A stretch of 58,765 nucleotides of DNA, filler included, from Sphacelaria rigidula (Eukaryota), in NCBI GenBank assembly GCA_964200075.2. It is 7 parts of 7 records of this genome, joined end to end, with 100 filler letters (N's around TTAATTAATTAA, not from the genome) between each part and the next. Parts side by side here need not be neighbours in the genome. Positions count along the whole stretch, not along the records: positions 8,412 to 16,720 come from CAXNAA020011569.1; positions 16,821 to 25,129 come from CAXNAA020011570.1; 5 more parts are not named here. One strand, written 5' to 3'. The notes beneath the pieces are model-generated. The model was not told where the DNA came from. It ran no database searches and saw only the letters and a program-made list of their open reading frames with translations. Shown here piece by piece: positions 12,101 through 24,203 of this stretch. The position numbers and the translations under genes were made by a program. Position 1 is the stretch's first letter. Every line of letters starts with the position of its first letter.

Positions 12101-13970
12101 CCCTCGGAGCCGACTAAATCAGACACGTGGGCTAGACTCCTCGCAGTCAGGCGATGAGTAGTGCTCAACAAGCGTGGTAAAGAAGATTTTGAGTTTCGGG
12201 GCCAAGCTGTGTGTGAAATTTTGTTCAGAAACCCGGAAATCTAGGTTTAAAACATTCAATGCTCGCCAGAGGTGGAGCGATCAGAGTTCGTGCGATTTTT
12301 GCTTGGAGTTTCGGGTTTTGGGGGCACTTTTGACAAAGATTTTCTCCCCTTAACAGGAAATGACCAGACGCCCACCAGGAAGTGTGTAACCCGTGGCTGT
12401 CTCTGGAAGTGGCGATGCCAGAATATGAAGCAACTCATTCGAGGCCATCATCCAAATGCAAGATAACCAGTACGCTCCGGGCCGAACAATCTTAGCAGGA
12501 TGCAGCTCACCCTTCGTGCGACTCGCCGAACATATCACGGTACTTCGTGCTTGGTGATTGATCGCGAGCCTGGTCCGACGAAACCCCGGTGTGCTCCGTC
12601 CCGGCTTTGTAGGGATGCCATGTCAATGATCCTACGACTGCGGCACGCAAAATCATGAGTACACCCGAAACAGGAAATGTCGCCACCACCTGTCGTGGAT
12701 ATCTTACATCATGTCGCTGAGGCTGAGCCTCGGCTGGTGTTCGGGGACGACAGTCATATGACGGGGATAGGTTATCACCTTTCTTTGCACTCCTCCCGCA
12801 ACCACTGAGCGGGTTGCCCGCGGTGGCAACATTGCGAAGGAAAACAAATGTTTGGGCTTGGATGAACAGGTCGTGTGCATGCGGTCAGGCCTCGATAGTG
12901 ACGAACGGTCAGATAAGATCGTGAATTTACGCATCTACGCTCTCAAGCATCCCGCCAGGGAGAGACAGTCGATAGTAGGGAGAGGCCGGGAAGATTTTGG
13001 ATCCGAACATAACTCAGCTGAGCGGTTTTTATATATATATAGATCGGTGGACTGGGAACAAGTCAAGGTTTCGATGTTTGCGCGCGTCGATGGCACACGT
13101 TCGGGATGTGGGATGACGCGAAGATCTTCAAGTTTAGCTCAGGCGCTCCCTTACACCTTCGAGCACTTTGATGTCGTAAGCGCAAACGGGTCTTCACACG
13201 ATTTCAAGAGAGGTGAACTCAAGCTGTCGCAAACTGCGTTCATCCGACATGTTTAAGGGCGACTTTTCATCACGAAAACCGCCCGGAGCCCCCCGTATCG
13301 CCTACTTCCTTTCAAGGCCGTGAAAGGAAGCAGTAGTGTCCGGGGTAGGCACTGGGAAGCGGTAGGCCCGGTCATGCGGCTCTTCAACGTCGGCCGGGAA
13401 TCGGTGCCGCTGTCATCGGTACATATCGACACAGCGAGAATCCAACGCCCGTGGATGGGTGTGGGGTGTTGAAGATGTCCCAGTACCTAAGCTCCACTCC
13501 AGACTTCGGCGTTGCGTATACTGGGGGTTCGAGTGATGAGTTGTCGGCGCATGGGGATGTTGGGTACGCTGGAGCTTATGATCGGCGCTCGGTGTGGCCA
13601 CACAGGGGCGATTCTTGTTTTGTGAACCCATCAAAATGTTCTATATCGGAGACCCAAAAGAGCAAGACACCCTTTATAGCGCAGGTTGAACATGTAGCGA
13701 CTGGGGGTGTGGTCAAGGAGGCACTCTTTGTCGAGCGCGGTGCTCAAATTCACGCGGCCGTACGTGTAAGAGGTTTGTATTCCGATGACCACGTACGAAG
13801 ACAATCAAAGGTGCGTTCAATCCGCGAATAATCCACAGAGTTCCCCAGAGGAGTGGATCATCGGTGTAGGACGGGCAAACACACGAATGCGCGGCATCGT
13901 TACTCGAGGGAGTCGTTGTACGTGTCGTCAGCTGAACAGCGTGCTGACGTGTTGACAAAACCATGGTTGC

Positions 13971-14010
<40 letters not shown>

Positions 14011-15592
14011 CTCGGTGCTAATATTAATGCCTTGATGAACATCGCAGAAAAGTAATTTGGAGTATTCGGTATTTACCCGCACAATGAACAAGGAAGATCT
14101 CAAGACCATTCAGCTAACAACATAAAGTAAACATCTGCCAGAAGTCGTACAGTATTGCAAAGCTAGCTTCTGAGTATCCACCAACCACTATTTCGGCCGG
14201 CCGTTCAACTAGCCAGAATTTCGAGGTTTACCTGTGTGCCATCGTGCTGAGGAGGCTTGTATTGTCCCATACCTTCCATCTGGGATGTAGCATCTACCTG
14301 GGATATCCATGTGAGATATCCATATCTAACTGAAATGCCTGCCTGGAATATCCATCAGAAATTTTCATCTGGTGGGACATATCCCATCTGGTGAGCAATA
14401 TCCACCTGAAAAAAATCCGAGCGGGATTTCAGATTAATCCAAGTGCCCTTCTGCAGTAGTTACGGATGAACCTCGCATACATCGTTGGTGTCCGCGGAAA
14501 TGATTCACCTTGGGCAATCCGGATAGGCACCCATATGTCACGCGGATGTACCGAAAATACGTCAGAGTTAGGGTTGGATACTCCACGCAGATATGTCACA
14601 CGGATATTCCACATGGAATCCGAGGTGAAAATGACATACTAGATGGAAGTCCCGAATGGAAATGATTTCCCAGACATATATTTCGGATATATATATCCAT
14701 CCGGTGTATCTCCGACGGATATGACACTAAAGATGGATATTCCAGGCACGTGTGAACTTCCGTCTGAGATACTATGTATATCCCAGGTGAAGTTCCATAC
14801 CCCACATGAGTATCCTGGATGGACATAACTCCCCAGATAAATACTGTACACCAGGTGTATGTCGTATCCATTTGGGGTATCCCAGGTATACACCAAATTC
14901 CAGGTGGAGATCAAAATAAGAAACAGAAAAGGTAGAACAGAGTCCACTAAAACAGAAAAAACATGAAATATAGAGACGAAAAAAGACAAGAAAAGGCAAG
15001 AAAAGACAAGACAAGGAAAGAAAAGACAAGACAAGGGAATAAAAGACAAGGACAGACAAGACAAGGACAGACAAGGGAAGAAGAGAAAGGAAAAAAAAGG
15101 AAAAGAAAAGAAAAGAAAAGAAAAGGAATGATCGGCCTCTGCTACATGGCTCCTGCGGAAAAGTCTCGCGGAAAAGGCGAGGCAAGTACCACGACAGAAA
15201 GATCTTACCCTGCCCGTTTCCTCGCTCTCGTGTTCACCATTACTTCCTCTCCTGCTATGGCGTATTTCTCTTTTCCTCTCCCTCTGTCCTCGCTGTTTGC
15301 CTACGATATGTTCATGTTCATATTTCTGTTCTGATTATTCTCTTCCACGAGTTTCTCGAGTTTCTCGAGTTGCATCGCCAGTGTTTCCGTTCATCCCTTA
15401 CGTACGGGTACGCCCCGCTTGTGGCGACGGTTGATTTCGTCATGGATCAGTTCGTGCGCGACAGTCAACCGACCAATCAATCAATCAGGCAATAAACAAA
15501 TCAAGCTATCCGTCAATAACCACGCCAAATAAGGACGGACAGCAACCCATTACCATCGCATATACCCATGGCCAACGCCAAAAGGAGCCCAA

Positions 15593-15637
<45 letters not shown>

Positions 15638-15806
15638 TGATTGTTGCCTCAAGCCTGGTGATCTCCGCCATGAGCTTCCCTTTCTCCTTCCTGGCGATGT
15701 TCAGCTCCTTCGTCAGCTCCAGATTCTCGGCCACCCTTAATAAATTCTGTTGTGCGCCGTTCTGGCGCTCTCGCCCTAGTGCCTTCCGCAAGTTGCAGAT
15801 GCCCTC
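9186..15806 (-). CDS. Partial gene for a coiled-coil protein resembling the CFAP57/WDR65 C-terminus, with a long low-complexity exon; exons 15806-15636 and 10334-9186
   Basis: Exon 1 (cag|GAG..AAG|gtgtgt, 171 nt) encodes EGICNLRKALGRERQNGAQQNLLRVAENLELTKELNIARKEKGKLMAEITRLEATIK, which resembles the RIMQEN..LIKEIN.LR.E segment I recall from CFAP57. Exon 2 (cctcag|TTC..GAG|gtgag, 1149 nt, phase 0-0) is G/Q/T-rich and ends ELESRVATAEAE. The exons are better supported than the family call. Confidence 0.6.
12360..12666 (+). mobile_element. Retroposon family B 3' fragment; other copies at 15860-16180 (-), 19680-20000 (-), 27695-27745 (-), 33702-33775 (-) and 50457-50622 (+)
   Basis: Shared sequence ...gtgctccgtcccggctttgtagggatgcgaggtcaatgg...gcatgcatgatcATGAGTACAC followed by a C-rich run. 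The 5' ends are variably truncated. Confidence 0.7.
12850..13975 (+). mobile_element. Degenerate Ty1/copia retrotransposon RT-RNase H fragment
   Basis: Frameshifted remnants GLDEQVVCMR..KIVNLRIYALKH (RT), LKLSQTAFI, SQYLSSTPDFGVAY..D..YAG..DRRS, YEDNQ and LYVSSAEQRADVLTKP (copia RNase H ADxLTKP motif). Confidence 0.85.
13975..14008. repeat. (GA)n microsatellite
   Basis: Direct reading of the sequence. Confidence 0.9.
14297..14886. mobile_element. TA-flanked MITE (Tc1/mariner-like) with GGATATCC-type internal repeats
   Basis: TA|CCTGGGATAT...GTATCCCAGG|TA, with many gatatcc/tatccat variants inside. Confidence 0.55.
14980..15127. repeat. Purine-rich (AAGAC/AAAAG)n low-complexity tract
   Basis: Direct reading of the sequence. 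Confidence 0.8.
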
Positions 15807-16339
15807 CTGTTTTCCATTCCCGTGGCAAAATCGGAGTACATCAGATAGGCTAGCTTGACGGGGATGGAGGGGGTGTACTCATGATCATGCATGCCAAAGT
15901 CAGAAGACCATTGACCTCGCATCCCTACAAAGCCGGGACGGAGCACTCCGGGTATTCGCCGGACCAGGCTCGCACTCAATCACCAAGCATGAAACGCCGT
16001 GGTGTGTTCTGCGAGTGGCATGCAAGGTGAGTTGTATCCTGTTAACAGTGTTCGGCCTGAAGCCTACTGACTATCTTGCATTTGGATGACAGCCTCCAAT
16101 GAGTTGCTCTATTTTCTGGTATCGCCACTTCCAGAGACAGCCACTGCTTCTACACTGCCTTATGGGTGTCTCACCATATGGGATGGAGGGGGGGGAGTCC
16201 TACCACTTTTGTCTTCGGTTTCTCTTCGTGCTCTTAGCCGTCGACCTCCTGCCCTCCTCGGAGCGTGAGCTTCTAGTAGTGTCAAGGGGTTAACCCGGCG
16301 GTACAATACCTACCTTTCACTCGTATTTTTTTTCCTTCA

Positions 16340-16670
16340 TCCCCTCCTTCCCCCCCCCAGAGGAGGAAATGGGGGACGTAAGCGAACGTGGCATGAAATC
16401 ATTTGGTGCATTAGACAGAAGGCAGGAACCGATGGCTGTACTAGGAGGTACATGGTGGCAACAGAAGATGGCGAAACAGGATGGAGATGAGATATTATGT
16501 AGAAGGCTTTCGTGTAATGTATGGAAGAAACGCAATGAGCACCAAAATGTTGGAGGTGTCTCTATCAGGGGTAGGAACGGTGCTCCGTTCCGAAAGGAAT
16601 GTGTGGTCAATGGTCAAACGACTAAGGCAAGCAACGAATGAATACGATGACCACCCTCACCCCCGCACCT
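16340..16670 (+). mobile_element. LINE (non-LTR) family A 3' fragment; other copies at about 16870-17330 (-), 22310-22390 (+), 26221-26720 (-), 33805-34250 (-), 51110-51248 (-) and 3316-3375 (-)
   Basis: Copies translate to a CCHC-like ORF2 end (CPC....ESR.H.V..CELYKEER...GD.WW...K..GD.I...L.N.WKKR). They end ...aaggcaagcaacgaatGAGTAC followed by a C-run. Confidence 0.75.
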
Positions 16671-17742
16671 CTCCAACAGCAATCGCCTACTCCCAACACG
16701 GCCATCCCGTATCCGTCAGCNNNNNNNNNNNNNNNNNNNNNNNNNNNNNNNNNNNNNNNNNNNNTTAATTAATTAANNNNNNNNNNNNNNNNNNNNNNNN
16801 NNNNNNNNNNNNNNNNNNNNAAACCTCCTACAATGTCCCCTAGCTCGACTCTGTACACGAGTCACCCTACCCATCCGGGCGTCGGTCCTCAACATGAAAC
16901 CTTTTACATGTCTCATCACCTTCCTGATTCGCCCTCTTTGCCCAACATTTATCTCCTATAACAGTATATAGCGATTGTTTTCTCCCTACCATCTCATGTA
17001 CCAAATGATTCCATGCCACCTTCGTTCACTTCCCACATTTCCCGTTCTCACACGTCCCGTTCCTCCTTGTATAGTTCACAATTTGCCACTTCACGGGTTC
17101 TACTCTCTATTGCTCTTGGCACATGGGCAATTCTGTCCATCTTTTTCCTGCTCCACCCGACTACTGGTACACTTCTTCCTTCTTCCTGGGAAGTCCAGGT
17201 CCCCCACCCGAAATCGCACTTTGCAACCATTTCGACAGCCCACTGGGCCGTGCAGATATGTGTCCACGCCCTATCGTCTCTCTCAACCCTCCGTTCATCT
17301 CCAGGTGCTCTTCCTCATTTACTTTCCGTCTTAGCGCTGTTTTTCTCTTATTTCTAGCATGCCCTTCACCTTTGTCTTGTCCATGATATTCCGATTATTG
17401 TTGAGCAATGCTACGGTAAGGGTGCACTTTTTGCGCGAAATGTTGTCTGGTTCACGGGCTCCCAAAGATTCTAGACGCACAAGAATATGGGTCAGGGCAC
17501 CCCCGTTTTCAAATTTATTCGGGACATCCCTACGGTAGCACATTGGAGTAGTTATCCTGGCGTACTCTCACATTTTTCATAAGTCATGTTTGGCATAAGA
17601 TGAAGCGCTCCTAACAATTCTAACCTCAGAAAATATTTGTGCACCCCTACCGTAGCATGCCTCTGTTGGCAAAGTAACTGCTTGTGCCTGGAACAATAGC
17701 CAGCGCCCACCCACCCACCCACCCCCCCTGGTATTCACGTAC

Positions 17743-20700
17743 CACCTCCGGACATGCCCAGGGCTATTTCTCCGTCGCTTAATTCATCCTCAGATTCAGA
17801 TTCGTCCCTTTGTCCCAGCAGCGTGTTACCGTTATCCCCATCGTCATCGTCTGACTCCATCGCAACGCGGGCAATACTGCTGGTAAAAGCGTTACCCGAC
17901 CGTCGGGCTAGGACGGACCTGCCAAAAAACGGGAAATAAAGGAAATATGTGAATATATCACGGTTAGGACCAATCCTCGCCGGTTCGAGTCATGAAATCC
18001 ACGATTTCTTAGGCCTGATTGCTCGAAAGAGATAAAAAAAAGTCGGCCGTTGGTCAAACAGGTCTCCACGCGACTTTTGCGCCATTTCACGTGCCTGGGC
18101 TGCGCGTACCTAGGTTGCAACGCTAGAAACAAAGCCTAAGGATTGATCCGTATGGTACGAATCACTTACTCTAAAATCAAGTAATTTCCGTACGAATCAT
18201 TCATTCGTGCGGCCCTTGGAATATATTCATTACCCCTTGCGGAGAACCGAGGATCTTTCACGAACACTTACGAATTTGAGGCGACGTCATTTCCAACAGG
18301 TTAGACCAACTCTTATGGGAGCCGTTCAAAACCAGCAACAAAAGTTGTGCACGATTTTACACCATCTGTAAAAAAACACGTCTTCCGTGTGGTTTAGATT
18401 TTACTGTAATAGGGGGTCAGCTATAGTTATGTAGCGTGTCCCCTCACCACCCGACGGCGATGAAGGTGTGTTGCCTCGTCGCGAGACTTTCCTACATTGC
18501 CGCATGAGTATGATCACCTGTTGTCGCTGACGGGTGTAGATACACCGGATGTTCCGCTCGATGCGCCAGTATCCTTCATCTGACCAGTTTCGTTGGAAAG
18601 TAAACCGATCCACAACAGAGGGGGGAGGGGGGGGCAAGGCAACACAGAGTCGACCCCGGGGAAACAAGACGGCGAGAAGCATAGAAGCAAGAAGGCGAAA
18701 AAGCAAAACAGCAGAGACACAGAGAAGCAGGGGAGCAACACGTCCAAAATCAGAGGCCAGAGGTGAAAAAAAAAACATGAGCAAGGATTCCAGAGAGTCA
18801 GAGGCAAAAAGCAACGCGACCCGGACAAAACGACAGGCGAGAAAAAACTAATTTAATCAAAATGACAAACGTAAGCAGAAGCAAGCGCGAGAGCTCAAAC
18901 GACAAAAAGAACAACAACAAACAAACAAAAAGAGCTAAAGGCAACGCAACGTAGGGCGGGGCGAAATAAAATAAATAAATGAATTGAAAACGAAACAAGG
19001 AAGCACCATGCAAAACATTTATGCGCGTGTTATTTCCATTAAATATATACTCATCTACGGTGCACACATATATTCATGTATATGTTTGATCCTGCTTCGA
19101 CAAAGCCGTTACTTGAAAATTTAAAAATCCGACACATATTGTTCTGTACTTCTCTGTACTTCAGTTCTTCAGACTTTTCTTAATCAAAACACTGAAAGTG
19201 AGAAACGCACGTCCTTGGGAGAAGGGCGGGCGAAGTAGGCCTGAAGACTGGTGAGTAGCTTGTGCATGGCGTAGTTCTGCCTCTGCTGGTTGTGAATCAG
19301 CCCATACACGTTGGCCCCCAGGTACTGCGGAGGCCGCGGCTTGGGAAAGTCGGGAGGGTACGGCTGAAAAACCTTCGCCGCCGCTGTCTTGCCCTGAAAC
19401 ACGAAAAGCCAAACGGGCACGAGCACGAGCACGGGCACCGGCACGAGTACGAGTACGACTCAGTGTTTCGTTGGGTTTTTTTTCCAGCAGACGGATAACC
19501 AGAGGTATCCTGGAATGCCCCCTATATTTTTCAGCCGATACATAACCCAGGTAATCTGGGATATTCGATGTATCCACAAGATATACTGGATCTTGATGCT
19601 TGGTGCCCTACCCCAATCACCGGCTAAATAGCTCCAACACCTCTACGAAAAAAAAGTGAGGGCAAGGAGAGGAAGGGGGCGGGGGAGGGGGGGGTGTACT
19701 CGTGATCTTGCATGTCAAAGTCACGAGGCCATTGACCTCGCATGCCTACAAAGCCGGGACGGAGCACGCCGGATTTTCGCCTGACCAGGCTCGAAAATCA
19801 CTCCTCACGCGCGAAGCGCCGTGATGCATTGGGCGAATCGCATGGTGGATGAGCTGCATCCTGCTAGGGATGTTCGGCCCGAAGCGTACTAATTATGTTG
19901 TACATGGATGACAGCCCCCGATGTGTTGCTTCATTTTCTGGCATCGCCACTTGTACAGACAGCCATGAGTTACACACTTCCTCATGGGTGCCTCCCCATC
20001 TCAACATCATACGGTACGACAATTCTCATTTTCACTCCTTCTCTCTCTGTCTCCCTCTTTGGGGAGGGGTTACGAGACGTACGACGAAAAACCACACACG
20101 AAGAGAAAGCAAGCCAAATGATACCATACCTTGATGCGAAAATCCCCACGGGGCTTGAACTGAAGTAGCCCGCCGCACGCCCGCTTCGTGAACAACTCAC
20201 ACAGGACGCCTCCGTCCTCGCCGGTCGCTCGCTGCATTAATCGAGCCGCCAGGTTGACGCTGTCCCCCTACACGACAAGAAAATATACCGCAAAATCAAG
20301 AAAAATACACGAAGCAGGCCATAATTCGACAACCGCTACCCACAGCGTAGGCAAACACACGACGAGGAACAATGCAAGTCACATTCCCCTTTTTACAGCA
20401 GCACTTTCAAGTCAAAGCACACATGAGTACATGTACATAGATCAAGCGTATACTGCTAATCTGTTCAGTCCTGGAAAGACCCCTAAGACCCACCACAAAC
20501 AAACCAGCAACTCTAACGCATGGAGCAACAGGCACAATGCGGTACAGTCACGGCAATACTGAGAGACGCGCAATTTCGTGCCATACTCCGGCGTGTTTGT
20601 CATACTCCAGCGCGCGCGTGCGTTCTCCCTCTGCCGGGCGCATGCTATTTCATTTTAGTCCTCTTCTCTTTTTTTCACAAAAATTGTAAACCTCCTCGAC

Positions 20701-23700
20701 TACTGCGAGTTGGAAACGAAGGATGTACGTGCCCCCATCTCCTCTTCCCTCAATTAAATTGATTAGTTGACTGATGGACTGTTTGTTGCACATTAATTGA
20801 TCCCTGAGGGACCAAGCTGTAGTCATAATCCACAAGTCAGACATACACAATTCAACACGAAACAGAAACGGAAGCGGATACGATGTGTGTCGTGCTCGGG
20901 CAAGTGCTGTACTCGCGTGAACGGTGCACTTCTCCGAGTCATTCTCCAACAGCCGACCGACGACCATAACGGCAACATCAGCAACACTCAAGCAACAGCA
21001 AATGCAACATTGAATCATGGCGACGGCAGCAACAACAAAAACAACAGCAGTTACGCACACGAATCGCTATCACATGAGGCACACGAGCAATGAATGCACT
21101 GCACCACATCCAAGAACGTGATTGCACTACGTTACCCACGTCACGAGCAACGGTGAACTTACCCCTCATCCTTTTTCTGTTCTCAGAGAGAAACGGTACG
21201 TACCAGTACAGTGCCCATAAGCAGAACAGACAAGGTCTCATTCTTCATCATGACCAATATGGCAATCTTTCCTGTTGCTGACTTCCAGAAAGGGTTCAGT
21301 ACAGTACAGTACAGTACAGTACAGTACAGTACAGTACAGTACAGTACAGTACAGTACAGTACAGTACAGTACAGTACAGTACAGTACAGAAGAGTAGAGT
21401 AGAGAGTAAAACAGTAAACAGTACAGCTAAACTCACAAGCAAGAAGGCAGCCATCATTTTCGCTGTGTTTTTTTCTTAAAAAAAAAAAAAGACATCGTCA
21501 TCACATTATCACATGAGCGGTCACACACTACAATACATACCGCACCAAAGAGGGGGTACAATCAAACGTGAACTCACGAGCACGGTGTACTCCTTTCGAG
21601 TCTTAGACCCGACCACCCCGCAAAACGCCTCTCCGGTGGTGATCCCCACCGATCCCGTCTTGGCCAGATCAAACAATCGTTCGCACAGCCTCATGATCAC
21701 AAAAGTCAAATCAAAACGGAACATGGCACGACACAAAACGCGGGCGGCGGGTGTGGGGGGGGGGGTGGGGGGGGGGGACGCGGCGGAGGGGGGGGCGCAA
21801 AGAGGCATACTTTCACGATTCGGACGAATCATCGCCCGCTGAAAACAAAGTCTAAGGGTGTGTTCATACGGTGCGAATCAATTACACTAAAATGAAGTAA
21901 TTTCCAGACAAATCATTAATCCGTCCGACCCTCGCATACTTTTTTTTCATCCCTTTCCATCTTTTTCATCTAGGGGCGGAGGAGGGGCGAAGGCCGGCGT
22001 GAGCACGGGTTGGTTGGTAGGCAGAGGGCTGCGTACTATGAAGACATACTTTTCGCGTATGATGCATCGTACACTACATTTCATCACACCTCTAACATTT
22101 TTTGTTCAAATCTGCGATGTCGATATGTCTCCGACAGTCGATGAAACCCCAGATTAAAGCCGAGTACGTTTACCGTAGCAGTATCAGAAGCATCAGCAAC
22201 TCAAGATATCGCCACTTTTCATCGACGGTCGCATCATCTCAACCAGTGCCCCCCCGTTACGAATCTCGCCTTGGTTACAAGACACGCGTAACCCCCCTCC
22301 CCCAAAGTAGTGCTCCGTATCGAAAGGGGTGCGTGGTCAGTGGTGAAATGACTAGGGCAAGCAACAAAACAGTGCACCCCGCCTCCCGAGATATTGTTGA
22401 CGGGCTTTCATTTTCCATCGATTTTCATCGATTCCCATCCATAGAATGCGGGGAAATCGATGAAAAGTATGTCAAAGTATGAAAATAAAGGCCGTTGATC
22501 ATGACCCCAATATATTACCATCATGTACCTTAGCGCAGCCAACACCCCCCTGGTAGGGTCATCGGCGTGTCCCACTGGAGGAAGACCATACACAGCCACG
22601 AGCGTCGAACCCTTATCATCCATCAAGAACTTATTGATGCTGCCTTCGTACTCGTACACCGACTCCTGTACAGCGACCATGACCTTGTGCATCTCCTTCA
22701 TGGCCTCGTCGTATACCGCGGCGGCCAGAAGCGTCTTCTCTTTCAAGCCCAGATTCACGAACAGAACCGTCACTCTCCGGATCTGGGCCGGCCGGGTGGG
22801 GAGTGAAACATCAAGTCAGGGTATACGGTCAGGGGTTGCTTAGGGGTTTAAACATTCTCTGTTTTTAATTTTATTTTCCTCTTGGTTATAGTTGTACTTT
22901 GAATTTTCATGTTATTATCTCTGTACGCAATTCGATTTCGATTTTTCTCACGTGTGGCACCCATCGATCCGTTACTCGTCCAGTCGTCATCATTGAGATG
23001 GGCGCGCGCGCGCGCGTTTGTGTGTGATGTGTGATGTGTGATAAATGATCCAAGGTACATTACAGGTATCACGGCGAGAATAGAAAAAACGCTAGCTGAA
23101 CAGTATCCGTTCGTGTGCGACAGCTGTTCGGTCATCGAGAGGCGTCTGTGGGGGATACGTACTGTTATATGTATTCACATAGTGCGTTGTATGTCGGGAG
23201 GAGCACCTGTGCTTGAAAAAAAAACAACGAGGGGATGCAGAGCTCCATTATTCGAACTATCGATTGATTCATTGATTGATTGATCGATCGATTGACTTGT
23301 CGCACACGAATCTATTGGCTACTACGAATCCATGGGTGATCATGAGATAGACATACGCACCCAAGGAAAATAAACGGAGCATTCGCTGAAGGGGAAAAAA
23401 CTCGAGAAAACACGGGTAAGGCAAAGCAGCAGGACAAGAAGAGAAGAGGAACAACAGAATAACACCGACACCAGACGTTTCCCATCAACACGTGAAAATG
23501 TAAATATTATATATATATATATATATATATATCTCCCCGGTACTGTACGTGCTGCACGCATTTCCCCAACACCCTGTTCAGACAATCCATTTCTCGTGTC
23601 TTATCCGTGGCCAAGCACGCACGACTCAAGAACAACTCAGTCACGTCCTACGCATATATCGGAACACCGTAACTTCTCCAAGGGTCGGACGAATCAACGA

Positions 23701-24203
23701 TTCGTCTGGAAATCACTTGATTTTAGTGTGACTGATTCGTACCGTACGAATCAATCCCTAAGCTTTATTTTCAGCGTCGCAACCCAGGTACTATACGCGC
23801 TGCCCAGGCACGTGGAGTGACGCAAAAGGTGCGTGGAGACCTTTCGGACCAGCGGCCAAGATGTTCCTCCCTTTCGAGCAGTCAGGTCTGAAAAATCATG
23901 GATTCGGTGATTCGACCTGGCGATGATTCGTCCGAACCGTGAATTTTTCCAATCAGTACCCCCCTTGACCGCTCCCAGCTTCCTGCCTTCGCGCTTCCCA
24001 TCCAATCCCCACCCCTCCCCGACCAACCCCTGCCCTAGCGATTCCGCACCTCATTACTCCAGTGCTCATCCTCCGGGCTGTCCGGTCTGAGATTTCTGAG
24101 CACTGCCCCAGGGATGTAACCCTTGACCTTCGCCTCCAACATGGGGTCATCGAGACTCTGCTGCAGCATGTTGACCTTATTCTGCTTCCGCATGGGGATA
24201 TAC
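17743..24203 (-). CDS. Soluble adenylyl cyclase (ADCY10/sAC-type class III cyclase), partial: linker plus C2 domain and downstream region; exons 24203-24050, 22782-22529, 21689-21578, 20267-20130, 19393-19211, 18579-18518, 17918-17743
   Basis: Spliced translation YIPGAV..HWSNE|IRRVTVLFVNL..YEGSINKFLMDDKGSTLVAVYGLPP..HADDPTRGVLAAL|RL..SVGITTGEAFCGVVGSKTRKEYTVL|GDSVNLAARLM..FRIK|GK..VFQP contains the canonical sAC C2 motifs. All junctions are GT-AG with matching phases. The last two exons are less certain. Confidence 0.92.
17950..18240 (+). repeat. Interspersed intronic repeat; also at about 21810-21935 (+) and 23660-23945 (-)
   Basis: Shared gtacgaatca.t.ac.ctaaaatcaagt.atttcc..acgaatc..t.attcgt and cacg.ttcggacgaatcatcgcc segments in three introns of the cyclase gene. 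Confidence 0.7.
21298..21388. repeat. (ACAGT)n pentanucleotide microsatellite, about 18 units
   Basis: Direct reading of the sequence. Confidence 0.95.

Noticed and set aside
14639-15334. Hydrophobic or Lys-rich ORFs as membrane or basic proteins
   Set aside because: They are translations of a purine-rich simple repeat and a MITE.
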